From Vicinamibacteria bacterium (lineage in GTDB: Bacteria; Acidobacteriota; Vicinamibacteria; Marinacidobacterales; Marinacidobacteraceae), in NCBI GenBank assembly GCA_965199715.1, contig OZ241322.1:1600001-1664000 (forward strand): a stretch of DNA of 64,000 bases, read 5' to 3'. Under the pieces are notes generated by a model. It saw only the letters and a list, made by a program, of their open reading frames with translations, did no database searches and had not been told where the DNA came from. Position 1 is the stretch's first letter. Every line of letters begins with the position of its first letter. Both the position numbers and the translations under genes were made by a program. Of the stretch, positions 40,678 through 50,369 are shown in pieces.

Positions 40678-41532
40678 GTGGGTGACCTGATCTCGATCCT
40701 CGCGTCGGGGATCCTCGTGGGCGCGGTGTACGCCTACATGGCGTACGGCCTCGGGCTCATCTACGGCGTGCTGCGGGTCATCAACCTCGCGCACGGGGCC
40801 TTCCTCACGCTGGGGGTCTATGTGACGTGGTGGCTTCACGCCACCTTCGGACTGGATCCGCTGCTGTCGCTTCTCGTGACCGCCCCGCTCGGCTTCCTGC
40901 TGGGCGCGGGCCTCGAGCGCTCGCTGGTCTTCCGGCTGCGCGACTCGCCTCCGGTCTCGACGCTGCTGCTGCTCTTCGGCGTGTGGCTCGTGGTCCGCAA
41001 CGCGCTCTATCTCGTCTTCGGGGGGGCCGACCGCTCGCTGCTGACCTCGTGGTCCATGGACGCCGTCAACCTTGGCGCGCTGACCCTCAGCCTTCCCCGT
41101 CTCGTGGTCGCCGGCTTCTCGCTTCTCGGATTCGTCGTGCTGGCGATCGTCATGAAGCGCACGTGGGCCGGGCTCGCGCTCCGCGCGGCGGCGCAGGACC
41201 GTGAGGCGGCCTCGCTCTCCGGCATTCCGGTGAACCGGGTGTGGGCGATCGCGTTCGGCATCGGCTCGGCGCTCGCCATGTCCGCGGGCAGCCTGATGTC
41301 GCTGTTCTACTCGGTCACCCCCGAGTTCGGCGCGAGGTTCCTGCTCAAGAGCTTTTGCGTGGTCGTGCTGGGCGGACTCACGAACATCGGCGGGATCCTG
41401 ATCGCCGGCATCGGGCTCGGCGTCGCCGAGGACCTCACCGCGTTCTACCTGCACGCCGGCTACCGCGACGTGGTCAGCTTCCTCGTCCTCACCGCCGCGC
41501 TCGTGCTGCGCCGGCCGGAGTCGGATGTCTGA
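40678..41532 (+). CDS. livH: ABC permease, LivH-like
   Basis: GLGLIYGVLRVINLAHG, GLALRAAAQD, VVLGGL. Confidence 0.88.
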   Translation: MGDLISILASGILVGAVYAYMAYGLGLIYGVLRVINLAHGAFLTLGVYVTWWLHATFGLDPLLSLLVTAPLGFLLGAGLERSLVFRLRDSPPVSTLLLLFGVWLVVRNALYLVFGGADRSLLTSWSMDAVNLGALTLSLPRLVVAGFSLLGFVVLAIVMKRTWAGLALRAAAQDREAASLSGIPVNRVWAIAFGIGSALAMSAGSLMSLFYSVTPEFGARFLLKSFCVVVLGGLTNIGGILIAGIGLGVAEDLTAFYLHAGYRDVVSFLVLTAALVLRRPESDV

Positions 41533-42490
41533 GATCGCGTCGGCGCGAGCGCAGGCCCGGCGCGCGCTGCGCGTGCGCTGGCTGCTCGGAGCCGCGGTCG
41601 TCCTCGCGCTCGCCGCGCCGGTTCTGGCCACGAACCCGTACGCGATGCGGCTCGCGCACCTCGCGTTCCTGAACGTGCTGCTCGCGAGCGCATGGAACCT
41701 GATCGGCGGCTTCGCCGGCCAGACCTCCTTCGGAAACGCGTCGCTCTTCGGGATCGGGGCCTACGTCAGCGCGATGCTGTGGATCGGCGGCCTCCACCCG
41801 CTGCTGACGCTCCCGGCGGCCGCGCTCGTCGCCGGGCTCTACGGAGTTCTCTGGGGCTGGCCCTGTCTGCGCCTGCGCGGTCCCTACTTCGCCATCGCGA
41901 CCATCGGAATCTCGGAAGCCACGCGGGTGCTCGTGAACAACGTGGACGCGACCGGCGGCGCTTCCGGGCTGACGCTGCCGATCGACGAGACCTTCGGCTC
42001 GATCGCGCTCTACGCGCTCGGCGCGGTCCTCGCACTGACGGCGATCCTGGCGAGCCACGTCATGCTCTACTCGCGCCTCGGACTCGGACTCCGGGCGCTG
42101 CGCGAGGACTGGCGGGCGGCCGCCGCCGCCGGCGTGCCGGTGGCGCGCCAGCAGGTGGCGGCGTTTGCGGTGACCGCCGCGCTGACCGGTCTCGGGGGCG
42201 CCTACTACGGCTTCATAACGCTGTACATCGTGCCCGAGAAGGTCTTCGGCTTCGACCTGTCCATCAGCCTCGTCCTGATGGCGCTGATCGGCGGCCTCGG
42301 CACCGTGGCCGGCCCGGTGCTCGGCGCCCTCATCTTCCTGGTGCTGGAGCAGTTCGTGCTGGCCAGCTTCGCCGATATCCACCTCGCGGCGTTCGGGGTC
42401 CTGCTGATCCTCATCATCCTGTTCGAGCCGCGCGGGCTCTGGCCGCGGCTGGAGCGCATGGTCCGCAGCCTGCGCCGGAGGGCGGCGTGA
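41525..42490 (+). CDS. livM: ABC permease, LivM-like
   Basis: WNLIGGFAGQTSFG, LRLRGPYFAIAT, GGLGTVAGPVLGA. Confidence 0.88.
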   Translation: MSEIASARAQARRALRVRWLLGAAVVLALAAPVLATNPYAMRLAHLAFLNVLLASAWNLIGGFAGQTSFGNASLFGIGAYVSAMLWIGGLHPLLTLPAAALVAGLYGVLWGWPCLRLRGPYFAIATIGISEATRVLVNNVDATGGASGLTLPIDETFGSIALYALGAVLALTAILASHVMLYSRLGLGLRALREDWRAAAAAGVPVARQQVAAFAVTAALTGLGGAYYGFITLYIVPEKVFGFDLSISLVLMALIGGLGTVAGPVLGALIFLVLEQFVLASFADIHLAAFGVLLILIILFEPRGLWPRLERMVRSLRRRAA

Positions 42491-43230
42491 GCGACGTCCT
42501 GCTCGAAGCCCGGAATCTGGGGCGCCGCTTCGGCGGCCTGACCGCACTCCATGGCGTGGACCTGAAGCTGCGCGAGGGCGAGATCCTCGGCCTCATCGGA
42601 CCGAACGGAGCGGGCAAGACCACGCTCTTCAACCTCCTCAGCGGAATGCTCCCGCCCACCGGGGGCTCGGTCCGCCTCCGCGGCCGGCGCATCGACGGGC
42701 TGCTGCCGCATCGGATCCGTCGGCTCGGGGTCGCCCGCACCTTTCAGGTGCCGCGCCCGTTCCTGAACATGACCGTCTTCGAAAACGTTCTCGTGGGCTC
42801 GCAGTACGGCGGCGCGCTGTTTCAGGGAGGCCGGTTGCGCTCCGTCGCCGCGGAAGCCGAGGCCGCGCTCGAGCGCACCGGGCTCGCCGACCGGCGGGAC
42901 GCGCTCGCTTCGGAACTGAACCTGTCGGCGCGCCGTCGGCTCGAACTGGCCCGCGCCATCGCCGCCGGCCCCTCCATTCTGCTGGTGGACGAGGTCGCCG
43001 CGGGGCTGAACCCGGTCGAGGCGCGGGAGACGGTCGCGCTGCTTCGGGAGGTCCACGCGACCGGCATCGCCATGATCTACGTCGAGCACATGATCGAGGC
43101 CGTCCTCGAACTCTCGGACCGGATCCAGGTCATCGAGCACGGCGAGACCATCGCCGTGGGGTCGCCCCGCGAAGTGACCGCGAATCCGAGGGTGATCGCC
43201 GCCTATCTCGGACAGGAGCCGGCGTCGTGA
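42487..43230 (+). CDS. livG: ABC ATPase, LivG-like
   Basis: FGGLTAL, GPNGAGKT, ARTFQ, VDEVAAGLN, VIAAYLG. Confidence 0.9.
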   Translation: MSDVLLEARNLGRRFGGLTALHGVDLKLREGEILGLIGPNGAGKTTLFNLLSGMLPPTGGSVRLRGRRIDGLLPHRIRRLGVARTFQVPRPFLNMTVFENVLVGSQYGGALFQGGRLRSVAAEAEAALERTGLADRRDALASELNLSARRRLELARAIAAGPSILLVDEVAAGLNPVEARETVALLREVHATGIAMIYVEHMIEAVLELSDRIQVIEHGETIAVGSPREVTANPRVIAAYLGQEPAS

Positions 43231-43958
43231 GCCTGCTCGAAATCCGCGATCTGCACGTGGACCGGGGCGGGGTGCGGGCGCTGCGCGGCATCTCGCTGCA
43301 GGTCGAGGAACGCGAGGTGGTCGCGCTGCTCGGGGCGAACGGAGCCGGAAAGACCACCACGCTGCGGGCCGTCAGCGGCCTCTCCGCGCCCCGGTCCGGC
43401 GAGGTGCGATTCCTCGGGGCGCCGCTCGCCGGTTCGTCCGCTGCCGCGATCGTCGGCGCGCGGATCGCCCACGTTCCCGAAGGCAGCCGGGTCTGGCCGG
43501 GCATGACGGTGCTGGAGAACCTGCGCCTCGGCGCCTGGTCGCTCGCGGATCGCGCGGCCCGACTGGAGGAGCGCCTCGAATGGGTGTTCGGGCTGTTGCC
43601 GCGGCTCGAGGAGCGCTCCCGGCAGCTCGCCGGCACGCTCTCGGGCGGCGAACGTCAGATGGCCGCGATCGGCCGCGCCCTCATGGCCGGACCCCGGCTG
43701 CTGCTCATGGACGAGCCGTCGCTCGGCCTCGCGCCGCGCGTCGTGGACACGGTCTTCGAGACGATCGACGCGATCCGGCGCGAGGGAGTCGCGGTGCTGC
43801 TCGTCGAGCAGAACGTGGCGCGGGCGCTGCGCGTGGCGGTTCGGGGCTACGTGCTCGAGAACGGCCGGATCACCAAGGAAGGCCCGTCCGAGGAGCTGCT
43901 CAACAACCCCGAGGTCCAGCGGGCCTACCTCGGAAAGTGGGCCGCCGGAACCGGCTGA
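43227..43958 (+). CDS. livF: ABC ATPase, LivF-like
   Basis: GANGAGKT, LSGGERQM, DEPSLGLAP, VEQN. Confidence 0.9.
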   Translation: MSLLEIRDLHVDRGGVRALRGISLQVEEREVVALLGANGAGKTTTLRAVSGLSAPRSGEVRFLGAPLAGSSAAAIVGARIAHVPEGSRVWPGMTVLENLRLGAWSLADRAARLEERLEWVFGLLPRLEERSRQLAGTLSGGERQMAAIGRALMAGPRLLLMDEPSLGLAPRVVDTVFETIDAIRREGVAVLLVEQNVARALRVAVRGYVLENGRITKEGPSEELLNNPEVQRAYLGKWAAGTG

Positions 43959-43968
43959 GCCCGCGGCC

Positions 43969-45345
43969 CTACTCGGTGAGCCAGTCGGTCAGCGCGACGA
44001 ACTCGCCGTTCTCGATCCGCTTCAGGGTCACGGCGTCCATCCCGCGGTGATTCTCCTCGGTGAAGGAGATCGGGTGGCCGATGAAGCCGTTCCACCCGTC
44101 GAGCGTCTCCAGCGCGCGCAGCAGGCCGATGCGCGTCAGGTCGGGCCCGGCGCGCTCCATGCCCTCGTGCATGAGCTGCGCCCACGCGAGGCCCAGGAGC
44201 GTGAAGTCGCCGAAGGTCAGCTCCGGCGCGTGCTGCGCGAGGATCTCGCGGGCCTGCCGGAGTTGCTCGCTGTTCTCCTGGAGATCGGGAGTGGCCGACG
44301 CGACCACCGCGCCCTCGAGCGCCCCGTCGGCGAAGACCACGGCGCTCGGGTCCGCCATGGCGAGTCCGCCGAGCACCAGCGGGTCCCAGTCGTCCTCGTC
44401 GGCGATGGCGCGGGCCACCATGGCGCTGAACTCGGAAAGCCCCCAGACCACGACCGCGTCGGCGCGCTGCTCGCGGAGGAAGGTGACAGCGTCCTCAAGG
44501 CCGCTGCCGTCCACGCCGACGCGCTGGACACCCACGTTCTCGGGAGCCGCCTCCGGCCGCCCCCACGATCCGCCCTCGGACCGCTGGACCTGCCATAGGA
44601 CGCCGGGACCGGACGCGGGCTCCTCGAGCCATCCCTCGCTCGCCGGATCGCCGGTCCGCGGGCGGCGCGGGCGGCCGTTGATGCGCGCGTACCGCACTTC
44701 CATGCCTTGCGGCAGCGCGTCCCGGAGCTCTTGGTAGAAGGCCCGAACGCCGAGTCGGTAGCCCTCCTGTCCGATGGAGCCGAACTGCGTGGCCTCGACG
44801 ATGGAGCCGATCCGCCGCGCGCCGAGCTCGGACAGCGCGTACTTGGAGACGACCCTGCCCGCCGTCACCGACGACGGGAACATGGAGAAGGTGTAGGCGT
44901 TGATCGGCTCGGTCCAGACCGGGGAGCTCGACCCCGGGTTGACCCACGGCGTCAGACGGTTCCAGACATCGTCCTTGACGGCGAGAGCGGTGTCCGACCC
45001 CATGCCGCCGACCAGCGCGAACACTTGGTCGTCGCGCAGCAGCTCCGTCACGAGCGGCGGGGTCATTTCCGGGTCGCCCTGGTCGTCCTTGATGATGAGC
45101 CGGACGTTCCGACCGTGCACGCCGCCCTGGGCGTTCACCCAGTCGAAGTAGGCCGACGTGGCGAGCGCCACGTCCCCGAGCGCGGTCACCGGCCCGGACA
45201 GGGGCGCGAACGTTCCGAGCACGATCTCCTCGCCGGAAACGCCGACGTCGGGCCCGCCGCACGAAGCGAGGGCGAGAGCGCCGGAAAGCGCTGCGGCGCA
45301 AAGGCCGGAGCGGGACAGGGAATTACTGTTTCGGGACCAATGCAA
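43969..45345 (-). CDS. Second LivK-type substrate-binding lipoprotein (convergent)
   Basis: Lipobox LASC; GTFAPLSGP, NAQGGVHGR, DDQGDP. Start uncertain. Confidence 0.82.
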   Translation of the reverse strand: MHWSRNSNSLSRSGLCAAALSGALALASCGGPDVGVSGEEIVLGTFAPLSGPVTALGDVALATSAYFDWVNAQGGVHGRNVRLIIKDDQGDPEMTPPLVTELLRDDQVFALVGGMGSDTALAVKDDVWNRLTPWVNPGSSSPVWTEPINAYTFSMFPSSVTAGRVVSKYALSELGARRIGSIVEATQFGSIGQEGYRLGVRAFYQELRDALPQGMEVRYARINGRPRRPRTGDPASEGWLEEPASGPGVLWQVQRSEGGSWGRPEAAPENVGVQRVGVDGSGLEDAVTFLREQRADAVVVWGLSEFSAMVARAIADEDDWDPLVLGGLAMADPSAVVFADGALEGAVVASATPDLQENSEQLRQAREILAQHAPELTFGDFTLLGLAWAQLMHEGMERAGPDLTRIGLLRALETLDGWNGFIGHPISFTEENHRGMDAVTLKRIENGEFVALTDWLTE

Positions 45346-45431
45346 GGGCGAGCCTCCGGGCCGGACGGACCTAGTTGGCGGCGAATTCTACCATATGGGT
45401 TCCGCCCCCCCGCCGGCGGCGAAACCGGTCG

Positions 45432-45737
45432 CTACGCGCCTTCGGAAGCGGCGTTCGCCTCGGCGGCCAGCCGCGCCTTCCGGCGAGCCCACGCGGCCTT
45501 GATCGCGGCGCTCCGGCGCGGGTTCACCTTCTTCACGGCCGCCTTCTTCCGCGCGGTCTTCTTCCTGGGCGCGGGAGCCGCCGAAGCGGCGACGGCGATG
45601 GGTTCGTCAGCGGCTTCGGGAGCCTCGAACGAAATCTCGATCACGAGGCGACCGAGCGAACGAACCTGCGCCGGCGCGGTGACCTGGGCCGTGACGGTCT
45701 TGCGCCGGGCGGCCTTCTTTCTGGCCTTTTTCTTCAT
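45432..45737 (-). CDS. Small Lys/Arg/Ala-rich histone-H1-like protein
   Basis: MKKKARKKAARRK...RKKTARKKAAVKK...AAIKAAWARRK. Alternative ATG at 45770. Confidence 0.7.
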   Translation of the reverse strand: MKKKARKKAARRKTVTAQVTAPAQVRSLGRLVIEISFEAPEAADEPIAVAASAAPAPRKKTARKKAAVKKVNPRRSAAIKAAWARRKARLAAEANAASEGA

Positions 45738-45880
45738 GGATGACTCTTTCGGAATGCGAGGCGAACTCATGTCGCGCACGCGGTCTCGGAAGCGATGGGC
45801 GTGACCCCCCCACCAGATCAGAAAACAAAGCCTAACATCGGCGTAACACGCGTCCAATCCATGATTGCTACTCTCAGTGC

Positions 45881-46726
45881 GTGACGGAAACGCCCAGCCG
45901 CATCGGAATCGTCGCCGGCTACCTGAAGATCGAACACACGTTGTTCTCGGTTCCGCTCATCTACGCCGGAGCGCTTCTCGCCGAGACGCCGCTGACGCTT
46001 CGCACGGCGTTCCTCATTCTGGTCGCCGCGACCGGAGCCCGTACTGCGGCGCTCGGCCTGAACCGCATTCTGGATCGCCGGCTCGACGCGAAGAATCCAC
46101 GCACCGCCGGCCGGGCGCTGCCGTCGGGAGCGATGTCGCTGAAAGCGGCCGTCTGGCTGCTCGCCGGCGCGATCGCCGTCTATGTCGCCGGAGCCTGGGC
46201 CATTTCTCCGAAGTGCCTCATCTACGCGCCGTTTCCGCTCATCGCTTTCACCGTGTACCCCCTGTTGAAGCGATGGACGAAGTGGGCGCATCTGGGGGTC
46301 GGAACCGGGCTGGCGCTCGGCCCGCTGGCCGCGTACTACGCCGTCGAATTGAGCTGGGGCGGCGCGCTCCCGGCGTTGCTGCTCGCGCTGTTCACGCTCT
46401 TCTGGGCTTCCGGCTTCGATGTCCTCTACGCCACGCTGGACGAAGATTCGGACCGGAAACACGGGGTGCATTCGCTTCCCGCCGATCTTGGCCGGGCGGC
46501 GGCGTTCCGCATCTCGCAAGCATTCCACGCCGTCGCGTTCGCTTGTCTCCTGTTGCTTCACGGCGCGGCGCTCGCCGGCGTCGCCGGCTTGACGCTGTTC
46601 GTGCTCGCCGGCGGGCTCTTTCTCGCGCAGCACCGGTTCCGCGAACACGTCGAGTTCGCGTTCTTTCACGTGAATTCGGCTCTCGGTTTCGTCGTGTTCG
46701 CCGGCGTGTTCGCGGCGGCCCCCTGA
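45881..46726 (+). CDS. mqnP: UbiA family polyprenyltransferase of the futalosine pathway
   Basis: KIEHTLF, NRILDRRLDAKNPRT, GFDVLYATLD; first gene of the mqn cluster. Confidence 0.85.
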   Translation: MTETPSRIGIVAGYLKIEHTLFSVPLIYAGALLAETPLTLRTAFLILVAATGARTAALGLNRILDRRLDAKNPRTAGRALPSGAMSLKAAVWLLAGAIAVYVAGAWAISPKCLIYAPFPLIAFTVYPLLKRWTKWAHLGVGTGLALGPLAAYYAVELSWGGALPALLLALFTLFWASGFDVLYATLDEDSDRKHGVHSLPADLGRAAAFRISQAFHAVAFACLLLLHGAALAGVAGLTLFVLAGGLFLAQHRFREHVEFAFFHVNSALGFVVFAGVFAAAP

Positions 46727-46727
46727 C

Positions 46728-47285
46728 ATGCGCATCGTCGTCGGAATCTCCGGATCCTCGGGAGCCGCGTACGGGCTGCGGTTTCTCGAGAAATGCCCGG
46801 GCGAACGCCATCTCATCGTGTCGCGCTGGGGCGCGGAAGTGCTTCGCCTCGAATGCGGCGTGTCCGCAAGCGAACTGGCGACGAAGGCCACCCGCGTGTA
46901 TCGGGACTCGGACCTCGCCGCGCCATGGTCTTCCGGGTCGAACCGTCACGACGCGCTGGTGCTGATTCCGTGCAGCCTGTCCACGCTCGGCAAGGTGTCC
47001 GCCGGCGTCGCCGACACGCTCATCACCCGCGCCGCGCAGGTCGCCCTGAAGGAGCGCATGAAGCTCGTGCTCTGCGTGCGGGAGACCCCGTGGTCCACCA
47101 TCACGCTCCGCAACGCGCTGCGGGTGTCCGAGGCGGGCGGCGTGGTCATGCCGGTCGCGCCGCCGTGGTACCGCCAGCCGGAATCCATGGAGCAGGTGGT
47201 GGACGGCTTCGTGGACAAGGTCCTCGGCGTGCTCGGCCTCCCTTCGGGCCCAGGTTGGCGCGAGGAGGACACGGGCGCGGGCTAG
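46728..47285 (+). CDS. ubiX: Flavin prenyltransferase
   Basis: VGISGSSG, SSGS, PCS, LITRAAQVALKE, RETP. Confidence 0.92.
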   Translation: MRIVVGISGSSGAAYGLRFLEKCPGERHLIVSRWGAEVLRLECGVSASELATKATRVYRDSDLAAPWSSGSNRHDALVLIPCSLSTLGKVSAGVADTLITRAAQVALKERMKLVLCVRETPWSTITLRNALRVSEAGGVVMPVAPPWYRQPESMEQVVDGFVDKVLGVLGLPSGPGWREEDTGAG

Positions 47286-47303
47286 AATTCGGGGTCCGAT
47301 GCA

Positions 47304-48431
47304 TTGGAGATTGCACGTTTGACGCCCGTCCACGGCATTGCGTTTCGCGACCCCGCGCTCGTCCCGATCTGGGAGAAGGTTCTCGGCGGGGAGCGCCTCG
47401 ACCACGCCGACGGCCTCGCCCTTCTCGGCACCGGCGACCTGCCGGCTCTCGGGCGCATGGCCGACCACGCCGCCCGAGCCCGCAACGGGGACCGGGTGCA
47501 GTTCGTGGTGAACCGGCAGATCAACCCGACGAACCTCTGCGTCCTCTCCTGCGTCTTCTGCGACTTCGCCGCGAAGCCCGGCGACGACCACGCCTACGAG
47601 CAGAGCATGGAGCAGGTGCTGGCCCAGGTCTCGTCCGAGCTCTCCGAGGTGCACATCGTCGGCGGGCTCCACCCCAAGTGGAAGTTCGACCGCTACCTCG
47701 AGATCGTCAGCGAGATCCGCCGCAACTTCCCGACCGTCCAGATCAAGGCCTGGACCGCGGTCGAGATCGACTGGTTCGCCCGGCTCGAGCGGGCTCCGGT
47801 GGAGGACATCCTCATCCGCCTCAAGGAGGCGGGCCTCGACAGCCTTCCCGGCGGCGGCGCCGAGGTGTTCTCCGACCGGGTGCGCCAGGAGACCTTCCGC
47901 ACCAAGATCGGGCACGAGCGCTGGTTCGAGATCCACCGCACCGCCCACGAGCTCGGAATCATGTCCAACGCGACGCTCCTGTACGGGCACATCGAGACGT
48001 GGGCCGAGCGCGTGGATCACATGCTCCAGTTGCGGGAAGCGCAGGATCGCAGCGAAGGCGCCCCCGCCGGATTCGCGTCCTTCATCCCGCTCGCGCTCCA
48101 GCCGGGGAACACCGGCCTCGCCGAGCGCCAGGCCTCGGTGCTGGAAGATCTGCGGACCGTGGCGTGCGCCCGCCTGCTGCTCGACAACGTCCCCCACATC
48201 AAGGCCTACTGGGTGATGCTGGGCGAGGATTCGGCGGCCATGGCGCTCAACTTCGGCGCGAGCGATCTGGACGGAACGATCGGCGAGGAAAAGATCGCCC
48301 ACTTCGCGCAGGCCGAGAGCCCCATCGGGCTCGCCCGCGAGCGGCTGGTCCGGATGATCCGCGACGCCGGCAAGACGCCGGTGGAACGCGACGCGCTCTA
48401 CAACGTGGTCCGCGTCTGGAAGGCCGCCTGA
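47304..48431 (+). CDS. mqnE: Aminofutalosine synthase (radical SAM)
   Basis: NPTNLCVLSCVFC, EVHIVGGLHP, PGGGAE, HIKAYW. Confidence 0.9.
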   Translation: MEIARLTPVHGIAFRDPALVPIWEKVLGGERLDHADGLALLGTGDLPALGRMADHAARARNGDRVQFVVNRQINPTNLCVLSCVFCDFAAKPGDDHAYEQSMEQVLAQVSSELSEVHIVGGLHPKWKFDRYLEIVSEIRRNFPTVQIKAWTAVEIDWFARLERAPVEDILIRLKEAGLDSLPGGGAEVFSDRVRQETFRTKIGHERWFEIHRTAHELGIMSNATLLYGHIETWAERVDHMLQLREAQDRSEGAPAGFASFIPLALQPGNTGLAERQASVLEDLRTVACARLLLDNVPHIKAYWVMLGEDSAAMALNFGASDLDGTIGEEKIAHFAQAESPIGLARERLVRMIRDAGKTPVERDALYNVVRVWKAA

Positions 48432-48456
48432 GTCCCGCTCGGGCACAACGCCGCGC

Positions 48457-49224
48457 ATGCGCCTCCTCATCGGTCAGCTCGCCTACCTGAACACCATGCC
48501 CTTCGAGCCGCTCGAGGGCGTGCGCATCTTCCGCGACACCCCGTCGGGAATCGGGCAGCTCGCGACCGCGGGCGAGCTGGACGGGGGCATCCTCTCGGTC
48601 GCCGATCTCCTTCGGAACGAGGACCGGTACAGCCCGCTGACCGTCCGCGGAAGGGCCTTCGGGATCGCCTGCCGGGAACAGGCGGGCAGCGTGTTCCTGC
48701 TGTCGCGGCGCCCGCCGGAGGAGCTGGGCGGCCGGACCATCGGGATCAGCACCGAGACCTCGACCTCGGTGCTGCTGCTGCGGCTGTGGCTCGAACGCCG
48801 TCTCGGGGTCGAGGATCTCCGCTACGAACGGGGCCTCGCAAGGGAGCGCGAGGCGGTGCTGGTGATCGGAGACGAGGCGCTTCGGGAGCGCGAGCGTCCC
48901 GACGCGGACTTCCCGTGGCGCGTGGACCTCGCCGCCGCGTGGCGCGAGTGGACCCGCCTGCCGTTCGTTTTCGCCGTCTGGTGCGCGCGCAAGTCGCTGC
49001 TCCTCCCGGCGCGGGAACGGCTCGCAGCGACCGTGGACGCCGCGATCACGAGCGGGATCGCCCGCATCCCCGAAATCGCCGCGAACGTGGCCGGGCCGCT
49101 CGGCGACGCGGCCACCCTCAGCGACTATCTTTCCGACTTCACCTACCGTTTCGGAACGAAGGAGCATGAGGGCCTCGAGCGCTTCCGCCGACTCGTCCGC
49201 GAACACGGGCTGCTGACCGCATGA
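48457..49224 (+). CDS. mqnA: Chorismate dehydratase
   Basis: YLNTMP, TSTSV, VIGDEAL, LPFVFAVW. Confidence 0.88.
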   Translation: MRLLIGQLAYLNTMPFEPLEGVRIFRDTPSGIGQLATAGELDGGILSVADLLRNEDRYSPLTVRGRAFGIACREQAGSVFLLSRRPPEELGGRTIGISTETSTSVLLLRLWLERRLGVEDLRYERGLAREREAVLVIGDEALRERERPDADFPWRVDLAAAWREWTRLPFVFAVWCARKSLLLPARERLAATVDAAITSGIARIPEIAANVAGPLGDAATLSDYLSDFTYRFGTKEHEGLERFRRLVREHGLLTA

Positions 49225-50303
49225 CGTCCACCGAGCGCATCCGCGAGAAGGTCGGGTCCGGCGAGCGCCTCGACCGCGCCGACGCGCTGTGGTTGCTCGA
49301 AGGCGCCGCGCTGCTCGAGGTCGGCGAGCTCGCGAACCACGTGCGGTTCCGCCGCCACCCGGCGCCCGAGGTCACGTTCGTCGTCGATACGAACCCGAAC
49401 TACACGAACGTCTGCGAGGTGGACTGCACCTTCTGCGCGTTCTACCGCGCCCCCGGCCACGAGGAGGCGTACACCCGCTCGGTCCCGGAAATGCTGGACA
49501 GCATCGGCCGCGCCGTCGAGAAGGGCGCCACCACGGTGCTGCTCCAGGGGGGCGTGAACGAATCGCTCCCGCTCGAGTACTACGTGGATCTGGTCCGCGG
49601 CGCGAAGGAGCGGTTTCCGGACGTGACCCCGCACTTCTGGTCGGCGGTCGAGATCGAGGGCATGGCCAAGGTGAGCGGGCTGTCGATCCGGGAAGTGCTC
49701 CAGGCGCTCCAGGAGGCCGGCCAGGACACCCTGCCCGGCGGCGGGGCGGAAATCCTCGCCGACCGAATCCGGCGGAAGATCTCGCACAAGAAGGGCGGGG
49801 CCGCCCACTGGCTGGACGTCCACCGGGAAGCGCACGCGCTCGGCTGGCGCAGCACCGCCACGATGATGTACGGCCACGTGGAGACTTCCGAGGACGTGGT
49901 CGAGCACCTGATGCACATCCGCGACCTGCAGGACGAGCACGGGGGGTTCACCGCGTTCGTGCCGTGGAGCTTCAAGCCGGGGAACACGCCGCTCGTCAAG
50001 AAGATCCCGCAGTACGCGGGGCCGAACGACTACCTGCGCATCCTGGCGGCCTCGCGCCTCGTGCTCGACAACTTCGACCACATCCAGGCGTCGTGGTTCA
50101 GCGAGGGCAAGAAGGCCGGCCAGGTCGGCCTGCACTGGGGCGCGGACGACTTCGGCGGCACGCTGCTCGAGGAGAACGTGCACGCCTGCACCGGCTTCGT
50201 GAACAAGACCAGCTTCGACGAGGTGCGGATCCTCATCCGGGAGGCCGGATTCGAGCCCGTCCAGCGGGACACCCGGTACAATGTCCTCCGCCGGTTCGAC
50301 TGA
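49221..50303 (+). CDS. mqnC: Cyclic dehypoxanthinyl futalosine synthase (radical SAM)
   Basis: NYTNVCEVDCTFCAFYR, LLQGG, HIQASW, GADDFG...EENV. Confidence 0.92.
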   Translation: MTSTERIREKVGSGERLDRADALWLLEGAALLEVGELANHVRFRRHPAPEVTFVVDTNPNYTNVCEVDCTFCAFYRAPGHEEAYTRSVPEMLDSIGRAVEKGATTVLLQGGVNESLPLEYYVDLVRGAKERFPDVTPHFWSAVEIEGMAKVSGLSIREVLQALQEAGQDTLPGGGAEILADRIRRKISHKKGGAAHWLDVHREAHALGWRSTATMMYGHVETSEDVVEHLMHIRDLQDEHGGFTAFVPWSFKPGNTPLVKKIPQYAGPNDYLRILAASRLVLDNFDHIQASWFSEGKKAGQVGLHWGADDFGGTLLEENVHACTGFVNKTSFDEVRILIREAGFEPVQRDTRYNVLRRFD

Positions 50304-50369
50304 CCCGGGCCCGGTGGACTCCGACTCCGTTCCTGAACCCGGGGCCGGCGACCCCGGCCGGGGCGCGGC

